This document shows positions 12,665-23,252 of a stretch of DNA of 64,000 nucleotides, one piece after another; the stretch's first letter is position 1, and each line of letters begins with the position of its first letter. The translations under genes and the position numbers were made by a program. The DNA comes from Macrostomum lignano (Eukaryota): positions 682,001 to 746,000 of the forward strand of contig NIVC01000032.1 of the NCBI GenBank assembly GCA_002269645.1, read 5' to 3'. The notes beneath the pieces are model-generated. The model had not been told where the DNA came from. It was given only the letters and a program-made list of their open reading frames with translations, and ran no database searches.

Positions 12665-14346
12665 TATTACTACTTAAAGTACTATAACAAAAATGTATAA
12701 TAAAATATCATAGAATTATAACATGATTTTAAAGCAAATATTTTATGCATTGATATGGTATAACTAAATATTTATGCTACAACTTTATTAGTGCATTGGG
12801 ATAATCTTTAAAGTTAATAAACACAATAAAAAGCTTATCATTAGCAAAGTAAGACTTTCTTTATTAAGCTTATTTGAAATTTTAAAACATTTAACAACTT
12901 AGTTAAGTAAAAAAATAGGACACAATATAAATTTAATTGAACAAGAGACTACAAAAAATCATTCAATATCTTTAAAAAATTCAAGTATTTGAGGCAACCC
13001 TAAAACTATAAAATTAGCACAATTTAAAAGTATAATTGTTTGATAAAAAATGACTTAGTAAACTTTTATAAGCTTTAATTATGTCTTAATTAGGCATTTG
13101 TGATTAATAAAGACACTTAGCCTAGAACCCAGGCCTATCTTAGGTAGGAAATACTATAAAATATCATATAGAATGCTCATTTACACTCTACATATAATTT
13201 CAAGGCAGAGAGTTACACATTGAGCCTAATATTGAGGTGAATTTAACTGAGTACATCTATATATTTATATTCTATATCCTTTTAAATGTAGTCAACACTA
13301 TAGGGATTTTCTTAAAGACAATGATATTCCCTTCTAAATTGAGTATAAGAAAGCTGTCTTAGAAATATGACAGACCTACTTTATAAGTCTTATTTAGTTG
13401 GCATTGCTGATTAAATCTAAACATTTAATTTCCATTTTTTTATTATGCTATGTTACACTCTAAGCTTCTCTAAGTGTCAATAGATGTGCACCTACAATGT
13501 GCATCTTTTAACTATAGCTTTTATAGATTATTTTACAAAAAAATATTGTTAGCATTTGCCAATTAATTAGATCTAATGTTTTTATAAACAAAAATATGTA
13601 TATTAAAAAATATATCTATATCTATTAACAACTATCTTAGTAACTACACTTAGTCAATTGTTTTGTTTTAAACAATGTTTTGTCAAATGTATTTTTAAAA
13701 TTATACTCTGTTTCTATTTTTTGCTTATCAAAAGTGATGGTTTATTAGATATCAATACAATTAAGGGTTTAACAATATCACATTTTTGAGACTCAAGATC
13801 AATGCTTTTGTTTTTTGGTTTTGAAACTAAGATTGAGATTGAGAAAAATGCCAAGATCTTGATTACAAAGGGCACTCAGAAAGTCTTGGCAACAAGGATT
13901 TTTTGGAACAGAGTTAATGCAAAACAATAAAACCTGTTACAATCCTTTAAAATAGTCTGTTCTTCTCAATAAACTTTTTGTAGTGCCAAATCCATTATTC
14001 AAAGGCACAGCGATACTCAGAAGCTGGTAGTGCTCTTAGCTTTAAGTTAATGCACTTGGCCAGGTCATGCAAATGGTGAAATTGTCAGCAAGCCAACCTT
14101 TCTGTCAACTTTGGAAATAACCAAAAGTTGCAAGGGGCCAGGTACAGATTAATGGCAAACAAGCTTGACATTGTTTTCAGCTAGAAAGTTGGTTGTCATG
14201 GCAGCTGTGTGACTGGATGCATTGTCGTGGTGATGAATGTGCCCAGTCTGAAACTGTGATGGCTGATACGCTTGAACTGACACAATGACTTCTGGCAGAA
14301 CTATGCCTAAATAGAAGTAGGCATTCACATTTTGACCATTGGGCAC

Positions 14347-15051
14347 TAGAAGTCGGACGGGATCCCGATCCCGATCCCGAAATCTCGGGATCCCGAGGAA
14401 AATTGAATTCCCACGGGACCAGAATCCCAACCCTAAAAAACTCGAGATTCGGGAACAGGTCTTTCAATTAATAATTTATAGAATTAGTGATTACTTGAAG
14501 GTATTTTGCTTTAACTTGTACTCGTTACATTATTTACTTTGTTGGTTACAAAACTTCATATCAATTTTGTTGTGTTTTACTTCTTGATCTTGACAATCTT
14601 TTCTTAATTTTGATTTAACTTTACATGGACAATACACTAAAAGACCTGTACTGTAGAAATGAAAAGACCGATGGTCCGCCAAACTATTTTGGAGCTGAGG
14701 CTCAAGCGAGACGCTAACAAAACGAAAAGCGTAAACCGTACACAGGGCTAATAAGTAATAAGCCCTCTCAATGATATATATATATATTGCAGTCAGTCAA
14801 AATCAGCCAGCGTGGAGGGGGGTAGGTGAGATGGGCCTGGGCTAAATCAGCGTACATAGAAAATTGAATAATAAACACGTACGTACATTAAATCACGCAG
14901 TGGAATTGGAAAGAAAATCAATGCTACTAATCCACCTCCCAAACAAGACCTGATCCCGATTCCCAAAATCCCGATCCCGATCCCAATCCCAAGAAAAAAA
15001 TTATTCCTGATCCCGTTCCCGCCTGAAGATTTCAATCCCATCTGACCTCTA
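14347..15051. mobile_element. hAT-type MITE (705 bp) inserted in the mariner
   Basis: 8-bp TSD TTGGGCAC at 14339-14346 and 15052-15059. TIRs TAGAAGTCGGACGGGAT / TAGAGGTCAGATGGGAT, with subterminal GATCCC repeats. Confidence 0.9.
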
Positions 15052-15180
15052 TTGGGCACCATGATGACAGTCACTGGGCCAGAAGAGCTGATGAAGATGA
15101 CAAACATCTCCTTCCAAGACTGAAAACCTAGTTGTAGGACAGTTGGTCTCTCATCTCCAGAGCTACCTAGGCCTTGTTTT

Positions 15181-15967
15181 GGCTCATTCCATATAAGATG
15201 GACATATTTGGAAAATAGAAAAAAGTCAATATTTTTGCTTGCCATTGCCTAATTAGCCTATTTTTTTTACCAAATGTTTATATTGTGCAATATATACAAT
15301 CTAAGAATAAAGGAATGGTAAAATGATGGATTAGTATGTTATCAATTGGCAAAAAGTCATTTTTGTAAAAATTTGGACATTTTTCGAAGCAAAGGACATC
15401 ATTAAGATTTTGTACCTTTTAAAAACAAATAGAAAGCTTTTGAAGGTTGAAACAAACTATAGATAAAAGTATAGTACTTGCATCATCAGATAAAAGCATT
15501 GGTGACCAAATAATCTATTATATTTTTAATGTATTAGTACCTCAAAGTTACTGAATTGACAGAAAAAAATATGTTACGACCATAATGTTACGACCATAAG
15601 GCTGCCTTTTCTTTTGTATCTTTGTTGCCTTTTGAGTTTATATATTCTAATAAAAGAATATGATTTCTAAAGATGTTCTTAGTCAAATTTTAAAAATTTA
15701 TTGCAAAATATCAAAAATGAAAAATGTTATAAGACTTTTACCTTTTAGTTTCTATATGTCAAAAATCCTGTCGTTACGACCATAAGTGTCATTTAAGGTT
15801 TAATAGCATCTATACTAATGATGATATCTATATGAAACTCTATAAATATATTCTAGACAAAATAATCTTTCATTTAAAATATTGGTTTAGTATATTCTAT
15901 TATTAGATTTCATTTTATAAGTAAAAATAACCTGTCATGTTACGACCATGCTTATATGGAATGAGCC
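15181..15967. mobile_element. Unclassified TIR element (787 bp) inserted in the mariner
   Basis: TIRs GGCTCATTCCATATAAG(C)ATGG at both ends, TTTT on both sides, and internal GTTACGACCAT(AAG) motifs at ~15573, 15587, 15773 and 15939. Confidence 0.85.
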
Positions 15968-17424
15968 TTTTGCATCTTCTGCCTTCTGGGGGACTTAAGA
16001 GTAATAAAACCATTTCTCATCCCCAGTCACAATGTCTGAAAGCTGTTGGTTGCCAAATTGTGCAAAGTTGCGCAAGAACTCTTAGCTGCAATGCACTTGC
16101 TCTTTCTTCTGCTTATCAGGTAAGGGACCCACCAAGAAACGATCTTGTGGAACCCCAAGTGGTCATGCAGAATGGTAAGAACACTTCTATTAGAAATACT
16201 GATTGTTTCATTAATCATTGCCATTGTGATATTTGGATCTTTGTTGACTAGCATCCTGACAGCAACAATGTTTCCTTTGGTCACAGCTGTACAGGGCCAC
16301 CCAGAGTGGGGGTTGCCATTCAATGATATTCTTCTAGCATCAAGAGCTTTGATCTATCTGGCTACCATGCAATAGGAAGGGGCTTGGTCCCCTGTTACTT
16401 TGACCAAGTCTTCATTAATTTTTGTTGCATTTTTACCAAGTTGCGAATGCATAAAGATATAGAAATGCCACTGGTCTAATTGAAAAATGTCCATATTTGA
16501 TAGAAACAAAAATATGCCTTGACCTTTTTTATTCCTAGATAGCAATCCTTTAAGGCTTATATTTATAGTCTAGGCCTATGGCCCGAAGCATGATATATTG
16601 ATGTATACATTTGTGAAGTTCCTAAACTCTAGCATGTTCTGTTTCAAAGATTCAATATCAATTGCCAAGACTTATTGAGTGCCTCTTGTAGGCCTATTGA
16701 GATTGAAATCTTGTTTGACCCCTAAATATAATAAAATAATTCTTTATTAAGTATAAATTTTATAAGCATATGTGGTATTAAAATGCACTTGCCTAGCATC
16801 AGTGTATATCTACTTAGCATTGGCATCATACATGCGCAACTTCTGAAATTACGCTGGCCGTGCGACTTAGTTTTCGATAAAAAATGCGACTTACCTATGA
16901 AAGAGCCAAGCAAAAACTTTAGGTAAACGGCAGGAGTAACTATGACTATATTTTTAAAGCTAAATGCCTCGCCAGCTAATTAGTGCTGCGTGCAGATTCC
17001 GCGTTTTTATAACAGCTAATCAGTGTCATCTAGTGGCGGCATGAAGCAATTAGTAAATTGTCAGTACAGTGTAGTGAGCATACTACAAAAGTCATGATTC
17101 ATGAATGTCCAGAAGTAAGTGAAGTGAATACAGTGTGACCTATAGCTCAAGAACGATTTGCTAGACGATTTGGCATGGAAGATGAGAGCCCTGATTCAGA
17201 TGGCTCATCAGATGCAGAATACGAATCCAGTAGAGATACAAGCTGTGAAAACCCACAGATTTTTAAACCACTGAATTCTAATTCCCGGAACTATTTTTGC
17301 ATAGATTCTAAATTTGAAGTCATGCTCAAACAAAAACTTGTTAACAGTTAGGAAAAAGGCAAAGATGGGAGTAATGCATGTTAAACTAAGATTTGAGGCC
17401 TTTGCAAATTCTCTCCATTCCTCA

Positions 17425-18050
17425 ATCTTCTCATCCTCTTTTTCTTTTCTCTCTCATCCCTTATCCCTTCTCTCTTTCCTCTCCTCTCTCCTCTCTTTCC
17501 TCTCCTCTCCTATCTCTTCTGTCTCCTCTCTACATTCTTATCTCTCCTCTCGTCTCTCTCCATTCCACTCTACTCTCTCATCTTATCTCTCCTCTCTTTT
17601 CTACTCTCGTATCTCTCTCTCCTCTCTTCACTCTCCTCTCATCTCCTCTTTATCCTCTCTTCTCTCATCTACTCTCTCCTCTTTCCTCTTTCCTCTCTTC
17701 TGATCTCATCCATCATCTTTTCTTTCCTCTTTCCTCTCATCTCCTCTTCTCTCTCATCTCTTTTTCCTCCCTCAGCTTTTCTCTCCTTTTCTATCTTTTC
17801 TCCCATCGCATCGCTCGCCTCTCCTCTGTTTGCTTATCTCTAATCTTCTATTCCCTCTACTTTGAAGTAAGAAAATATGCACATATTTTTGCTGAGGATA
17901 AGAGGAGAGAAGAGGGCATTGAGAAGAAAGGGTAGAGAGAAAGGGGGAGAAGAGAGGAGAGTAAAAATGAGAGGAGAGAGAAGAGGGAAAAGGGGGAGAG
18001 AGAGAAGAGGGGAGGCAAGGTAGAGAAGAAGAGAGAGATGAGAGTTGAAG
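17425..18050. repeat. Low-complexity polypyrimidine (CT) tract followed by a polypurine (GA) tract
   Basis: CT-rich at 17425-17860 and GA-rich at 17895-18050. It explains the Ser/Leu-rich ORFs. Confidence 0.9.
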
Positions 18051-18094
18051 AGACACCAACCTTGCTACTCGTAGTTAGGAAGTTTCAAAGAACC

Positions 18095-18149
18095 CGAGGG
18101 GCGAGGGCCAGATAGAGGGGCTTTGCGAGCCGGAGTTTGCCAACCCCTG
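18095..18149. mobile_element. hAT (Charlie/Tip100-like) terminal fragment
   Basis: Ends in GCGAGCCGGAGTTTGCCAACCCCTG, resembling CAGGGGT-type hAT ends. No partner TIR was found. Confidence 0.4.
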
Positions 18150-18284
18150 CTCCAGAGTTTAAGAAATCAATGGGAAACTGTTGACGCGGGCTTCTGATTT
18201 CAAAGATCTTGTCTGTTGTTGAAGGCTTCTATTCTGTTTTTGCTCTCCTGCCACACTTGCACCTACTACCCCCTGATTGCCTCT

Positions 18285-18860
18285 GATTGTGACTTACTTC
18301 CCTCTTATTGCGACTTAGTTGCTTCTTTTTGCGACTTACCTAATCCTTTTTGCGACTTACCTAATCCTTCTGCGACTTACCTAATCCTTTTGCGACTTAC
18401 CTAACCCTTTTGCGACTTACCTAATCCTTTTTGCGACTTACCTAACCCTTTTGCGACTTACCTAATCCTTTTTGCGACTTACCTAATCTTTTTGCGACTT
18501 ACCTAATCCTTTTGCGACTTACCTAACCCTTTTGCCACTTACCTAATCCTTTTTGCGACTTACTTAATCCTTTTTGCAACTTACCTAATCCTTTTTGCGA
18601 GTTACCTAATCCTTTTGCGACTTAGCTGATCCTTTTGCGACTTACCTGATTCTTTTTGCGACTTACCTAATCCTTTTTGCGACTTACCTAATCCTTTTTG
18701 GGACTTACCTAATCCTTTTTGGGACTTACCTAATCCTTTTTGCAACTTACCTAACCCTTTTGCGACTTACCTGATCCTTTTTGCGACATAGTTTGCTTCT
18801 TTTGCGACTTACCTGATTCCTGTTGCGACTTACCAGTACCTGATTATTTTTACAACTTAG
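18285..18860. repeat. 20/21-bp minisatellite (TTTTGCGACTTACCTAATCC), ~28 copies
   Basis: Read directly; isolated TGCGACTTA copies also occur at ~16861, ~16885 and ~18982. Confidence 0.9.
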
Positions 18861-21289
18861 TTTGCTTCTTTTGCGAATTGTTTTTCTTTTGCTTCACGAT
18901 TTTCCCTGAACTGTTCTTTCTTTCGCTTTCCTCTTGCCTTTCTTGGTTCTTGTGTTTTTCTGTTTTTGGTTGACTCAATTTTGCGACTTACCCCTGGTCA
19001 GCCACGATTTACGGTGGCCAGATCAGCCAGGTCGGCCAGCAGTTGCGCATGTATGATTGGCATAGTAGATGCATTTATAAATTTGGTTTAAGGCATTCTA
19101 GAATTGCACTTGGGCTTTAGCTAGCATGATCCAAACTATAATTAAAAGCTAAAAAGTCAAAAGCTAACTTAAAATAAAAAATATTTTTGTAAACAAAATT
19201 ACATTGTCATTAATTCCAAAAAATTGCTAAAATAGTATTATTGTTATTACATTAGGCCTGTCTACTAACTTAACTAGACCTAGCTTGGCTTAGGCTAACT
19301 ATGAATAAAAATAGAGGCATAATAGGCCTAAGCTATTTTTAGCATAGGCTTTATGTGTAGTACCCTTTTTGAATAAAGTAGAAATCTAAATTTAATACAA
19401 TGGAATCAAATGGACTAGGCTTATCTATAATTTGGATTATATATTAGTATATACCTAGTTTATTGCCAGAAAAAATGACGAGACCTTGTTTGTATGGTGG
19501 GTTTATATGCCAATACAAAAAATTTTCATTTGACACAATATATCTTCTGTGTCATATATGCCAAGATATACCCCAGGCCCTAATATATGGTGTATATGCT
19601 AAAAAATGGTAAGACTAAGACCCTTATTGTATGCTAGGAAATCCTAGCATATATTTTTCCTTCTAAACTATAGTGGATTATTAGTATCATTGACATAGGA
19701 CTAACTTTTACTAAGCCTAGGCCTATTAGTATTATGATATATAGCCAATAGGCCCCCTAATATAGGCTCTTATTCCAACCTACCTAGGTTTAGGCCTAGC
19801 AATGCTAAACTTGAATAAAAAATAATTAAAATAGGCCTAGCCTTGGCTTAAAATATAGCTTTTTAGGCCCCCTATTATTAGTGTTAGTAGGCCTAAAACA
19901 AATCATTAATTATTATTATTATTAGGCCTATTATTGTTATTATTAATTATTATTATTAAATTGACACTGGCTCAGGCTTAGGCTCAGGGGTCAGCAAAGC
20001 ATAAAAGCACCCTAAATCATAATTAATTAAATTATTAGTATTGATAAAAAACTTTGAATAAAATAATTACCAAATCAGATTTAACTTTTAAGTAAAAAGA
20101 ATCATTAGGCCTAGGCCTAGTCTAGGCAGGTATAGGCTTACTTACTTGGCAATTGGCATTGGCATGCCATCTATGCCATAGCCAAGCTATGCACCTAATA
20201 TTTTATTGATGATAATTTAAATTTAATAATATCTCTTCAATTTTATTATAGGGCCTACCAATAGGCCCTAGTCAATATATAATTATATCAAATAGTAGTG
20301 GTGTAGACGTGTAGTTGAGTGTAGGTGAGTGTTTGATTGTAGTTTAAATAATAAATTTTAACATTAGGCCCTATTTAAACTATTAAATAAGTCTCAAGAG
20401 TAGTAGACTTGAGACTTTACATTCAATATCCAGTCACGAGCAGAAGCAGTAGGTTATTACTATTATACGCCCTACAGTGATGAACTGATATATCATATAT
20501 TTTGATTTCATCATTTTAGACAATAATGTATGATAGCCTAGTAAGTCATGAAAATGCAGTAAGTGGAGTGGGTGGGTGGGTGTGTACCATTTCGTGTCAG
20601 TTAATTTAAATGTAAATTCATTCATTCATTCATAGGGCCTTTTCATATTACCAATTCCAGAACCAGAATCGGTTCGGAATTCCAAGAAAAACAGCAGTAT
20701 AACTATTAAACTCTGTTAATATTTGACTGCCTTAACAACCTAACTTAACACAATTTTTCACTTTCTTCTTGGCGATTGTCATTCAATAATAAAAACTTTA
20801 TAGCACGTATCTCCCTCTAGTTATGGAGACAAAAAGTTATACTTCACAAATTGGCTCTGGTTCTGGAACCAGTGCAAGCAATATGAAAAGGCCCATAGAA
20901 ACATAGAGAATCGTGCGATGTTTTCCGGTTTTTTACACTTAAATTACATTTAATACTACAGTATATACACAGCCTATTAAGCTGGCTGTATACAGTATTT
21001 ATGTCCCAATCGAAATACATGTACACGTAATGCAGCTGTACGAGCTACATACGCGCTCGTATTTGTATTTTGGACATCTTAGCACCGCGAAATTGGTAAT
21101 AATTAATTATTCTTTGCTATTTAATATTTGTTTTTGCTATTTTTGGTTATTTTCAAAGTTAGTCAAAGTTACGTGAAGTCAGACCAAGGACCACTGTTAC
21201 ACTGTATATACAAATACACATGTATACCGTGGTTCTTGAGTCAGACCAGAATTTATTGTTAGATTGTGAAATAGATCAAAATAATTCAG

Positions 21290-21950
21290 AACCGGCTAGC
21301 TTTGGCCCACCAGCGGAGGGGTCGACGCGGCATACGTACTCCAGTTTACCCCTGCTTTTCTCAGCGGACCAACCCGCGGAAGCGGTCTACTAGGACCCCG
21401 CGGACACGATTGCACACGTCAGCCGCGCTGTGATTGGACGAGCAATTCGGGTGGGGCGCAGCGGAGTAAAATAATTTATGATGGGGGACCTCTACCCCTC
21501 CCTGCATGCTGATTGGCTTCTCGCCGTAGCGTTCTGGCCGGGGCGTGCGTTTGGTTTGCACTTTTGGTTTGCACGTTTGGTTTGGCCGCGTAAGTGTGCG
21601 AGTCCTTGGTGTGATGAGTTATTTTGGGGTCCGGAGATCGAGTAGGCATTCTGTCACCAGGGCAGTCTGTGCGTGCAGCGCAGAACTGACGCGAGAGAGG
21701 CGCACGAGGGAAAGGGGCTTAGACGCAGACGAGGGTATGGACGAAATGACGAAATGGGCAACAGGCGAAAGAAATAAACAAAAGATAGAGAAAATGAGTG
21801 CAAATAACGAATAAAAAATATCAGAGTGAGTTCAAGTAAAGTCTTGCAGCCGAAATCACCACAGAAAGGCGGTTTATAATGCCACGTACCGAAACCAATC
21901 GCACCACAGCATACGCTAAAGGGATTGCGATCTTTTGTAGCCAATGAAAA
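21290..21950. promoter_or_regulatory. CpG-rich promoter-like island, possibly with a 5'UTR exon of the 22106 gene
   Basis: GC and CpG content rise sharply against AT-rich flanks. CCAAT/ATTGG boxes at ~21433, 21512, 21896 and 21942; GGGGCG boxes; candidate donor GC|GTAAGT at 21590 and acceptor CAG at 22067. Confidence 0.45.
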
Positions 21951-22105
21951 GCATTGCAGTTACAGTGTACAAGCTTTGATGAAGTATGGCTTATAAGACA
22001 CCTATACAGCTGAGGCTAAAACCGGCGGCTCTATACACCGATAGAGTCGTATATTATTTACAATCAGCTGCAAGACTTTTGAACGGATCTTAAATTAACA
22101 AGAAA

Positions 22106-23044
22106 ATGTTTTTTGCAGTAAATCTGCTTCCGTTGTTTATTTGTTTAAATTCTGCTTGGCCTCGGGCCCGAACAGAGTCATGCTTTGAAGTTCAGAAGCT
22201 CAACGGTTGCGCTGATTGCTTGAAGAGCTTAGCTAACAAGACCGCCATACCGAGAAATGCCTGTTGGATAGCAAAGCTGCATAAAGAGTTCGAATCGAAA
22301 ATGACTTGGCGCGCCAGTCAAGTTCTTTTGAACGGCAGCTCAGGCGAGTGCCACCTACTGAGCAGTGAGTGCCTGCTAAAGTGCCTGCCATCTTCGTCCG
22401 ATGGACTTCTAGAGTCCTGGCTTCCGTGTCGGGCACCAGCTGCCCCGGTAGTGTCGCATCTGATCTTCACCATCAAAGCTGAAGTTGGCCACAAGGCCTA
22501 CAACTCTTTCGTCACCGCATCTGGCAATGCGCATGTCCTAACGGTTGAGAGCGAGAGCTCAACTGCTGGACAGCCGGATGTGTTCCGCTCGGATCTTCTG
22601 GACAATTTGAACGAACTCAAGAACTTTCTAACCATGCGAGAGTTGCGCGTAATCGTGTACAAATCAAACGTTCCCGTTATTCGATTGACGTTTGACGTAT
22701 CCAAGCCGGGACTCACGGCGCAGAGTTGGTTCGCTCTCGATGGTCTCAAATCGAGCTGGCCTGTAGGTGGCCTCGCTGACAGAACTGTCAACTATTTCTC
22801 CGTAGCTGGTCACGTGTCTACCGCCATAGGATGGAGTCACGAGCGCAGGTTTTTCATCAACTACGACTACGGCGGTTGCCCTTCTGACAATGGACTGCTA
22901 ATGATAATGGATACCGATGATGTTTGCCCATATTCAAAGGGAAACTTCACTGCCACGCCAAGGATTTTGTTCACGAATAGCTCGACTGGTCACTGGAGTA
23001 CGGACGTTCAGAGGGCTGACAGGCTGTCTATCTTTGCTGCCTAA
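22106..23044 (+). CDS. Secreted protein of unknown function, 312 aa, single coding exon
   Basis: Uninterrupted ORF outside any repeat. Hydrophobic N-terminus (MFFAVNLLPLFICLNSAW), a Cys-rich ~90-aa module, and a C-terminal ~190-aa globular domain with FRSDLLDN, SWFA, NYFSV.GH and RRFFINYDYGGCPSDNG. Confidence 0.8.
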   Translation: MFFAVNLLPLFICLNSAWPRARTESCFEVQKLNGCADCLKSLANKTAIPRNACWIAKLHKEFESKMTWRASQVLLNGSSGECHLLSSECLLKCLPSSSDGLLESWLPCRAPAAPVVSHLIFTIKAEVGHKAYNSFVTASGNAHVLTVESESSTAGQPDVFRSDLLDNLNELKNFLTMRELRVIVYKSNVPVIRLTFDVSKPGLTAQSWFALDGLKSSWPVGGLADRTVNYFSVAGHVSTAIGWSHERRFFINYDYGGCPSDNGLLMIMDTDDVCPYSKGNFTATPRILFTNSSTGHWSTDVQRADRLSIFAA

Positions 23045-23252
23045 CTCACTACGCTGCACTCAATTGACTGCAGCTTGCTAGACGCTAGTGAACGCTAAGT
23101 AGAGAGAGAATTGAGAACTTCTACTATACTTTTATCCCGACTTTTTGCTGTTCTAAATTCTCCCTTTTTAAAGAACTTACACATGTAAATTGAAAGTTGT
23201 GGATTACATGTATACTCAGCAACATTGAAAAGTCGCCACCCTCCATCTAATA

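Larger units (their letters stand above)
13937..16494 (-). pseudogene. Decayed mariner transposase, interrupted by two insertions
   Basis: N-terminal APSY.MVARW and SGWP..VT..NI; IVTGDEKWFYY; RPTVLQLGFQS; VPNGQNVNAYFY; HHDNASSHTA; LAPCNFWLFPKL. It has stops and frameshifts. Confidence 0.88.

Noticed and set aside
17021-17040. CTCF-like motif (reverse strand GCCACTAGATGACA)
   Set aside because: One motif in 64 kb is not distinguishable from chance, and the presence of CTCF in this organism is unknown.
17314-18059. Ser/Leu-rich ORFs of 95-180 aa
   Set aside because: Low-complexity CT sequence lacks stop codons by composition.
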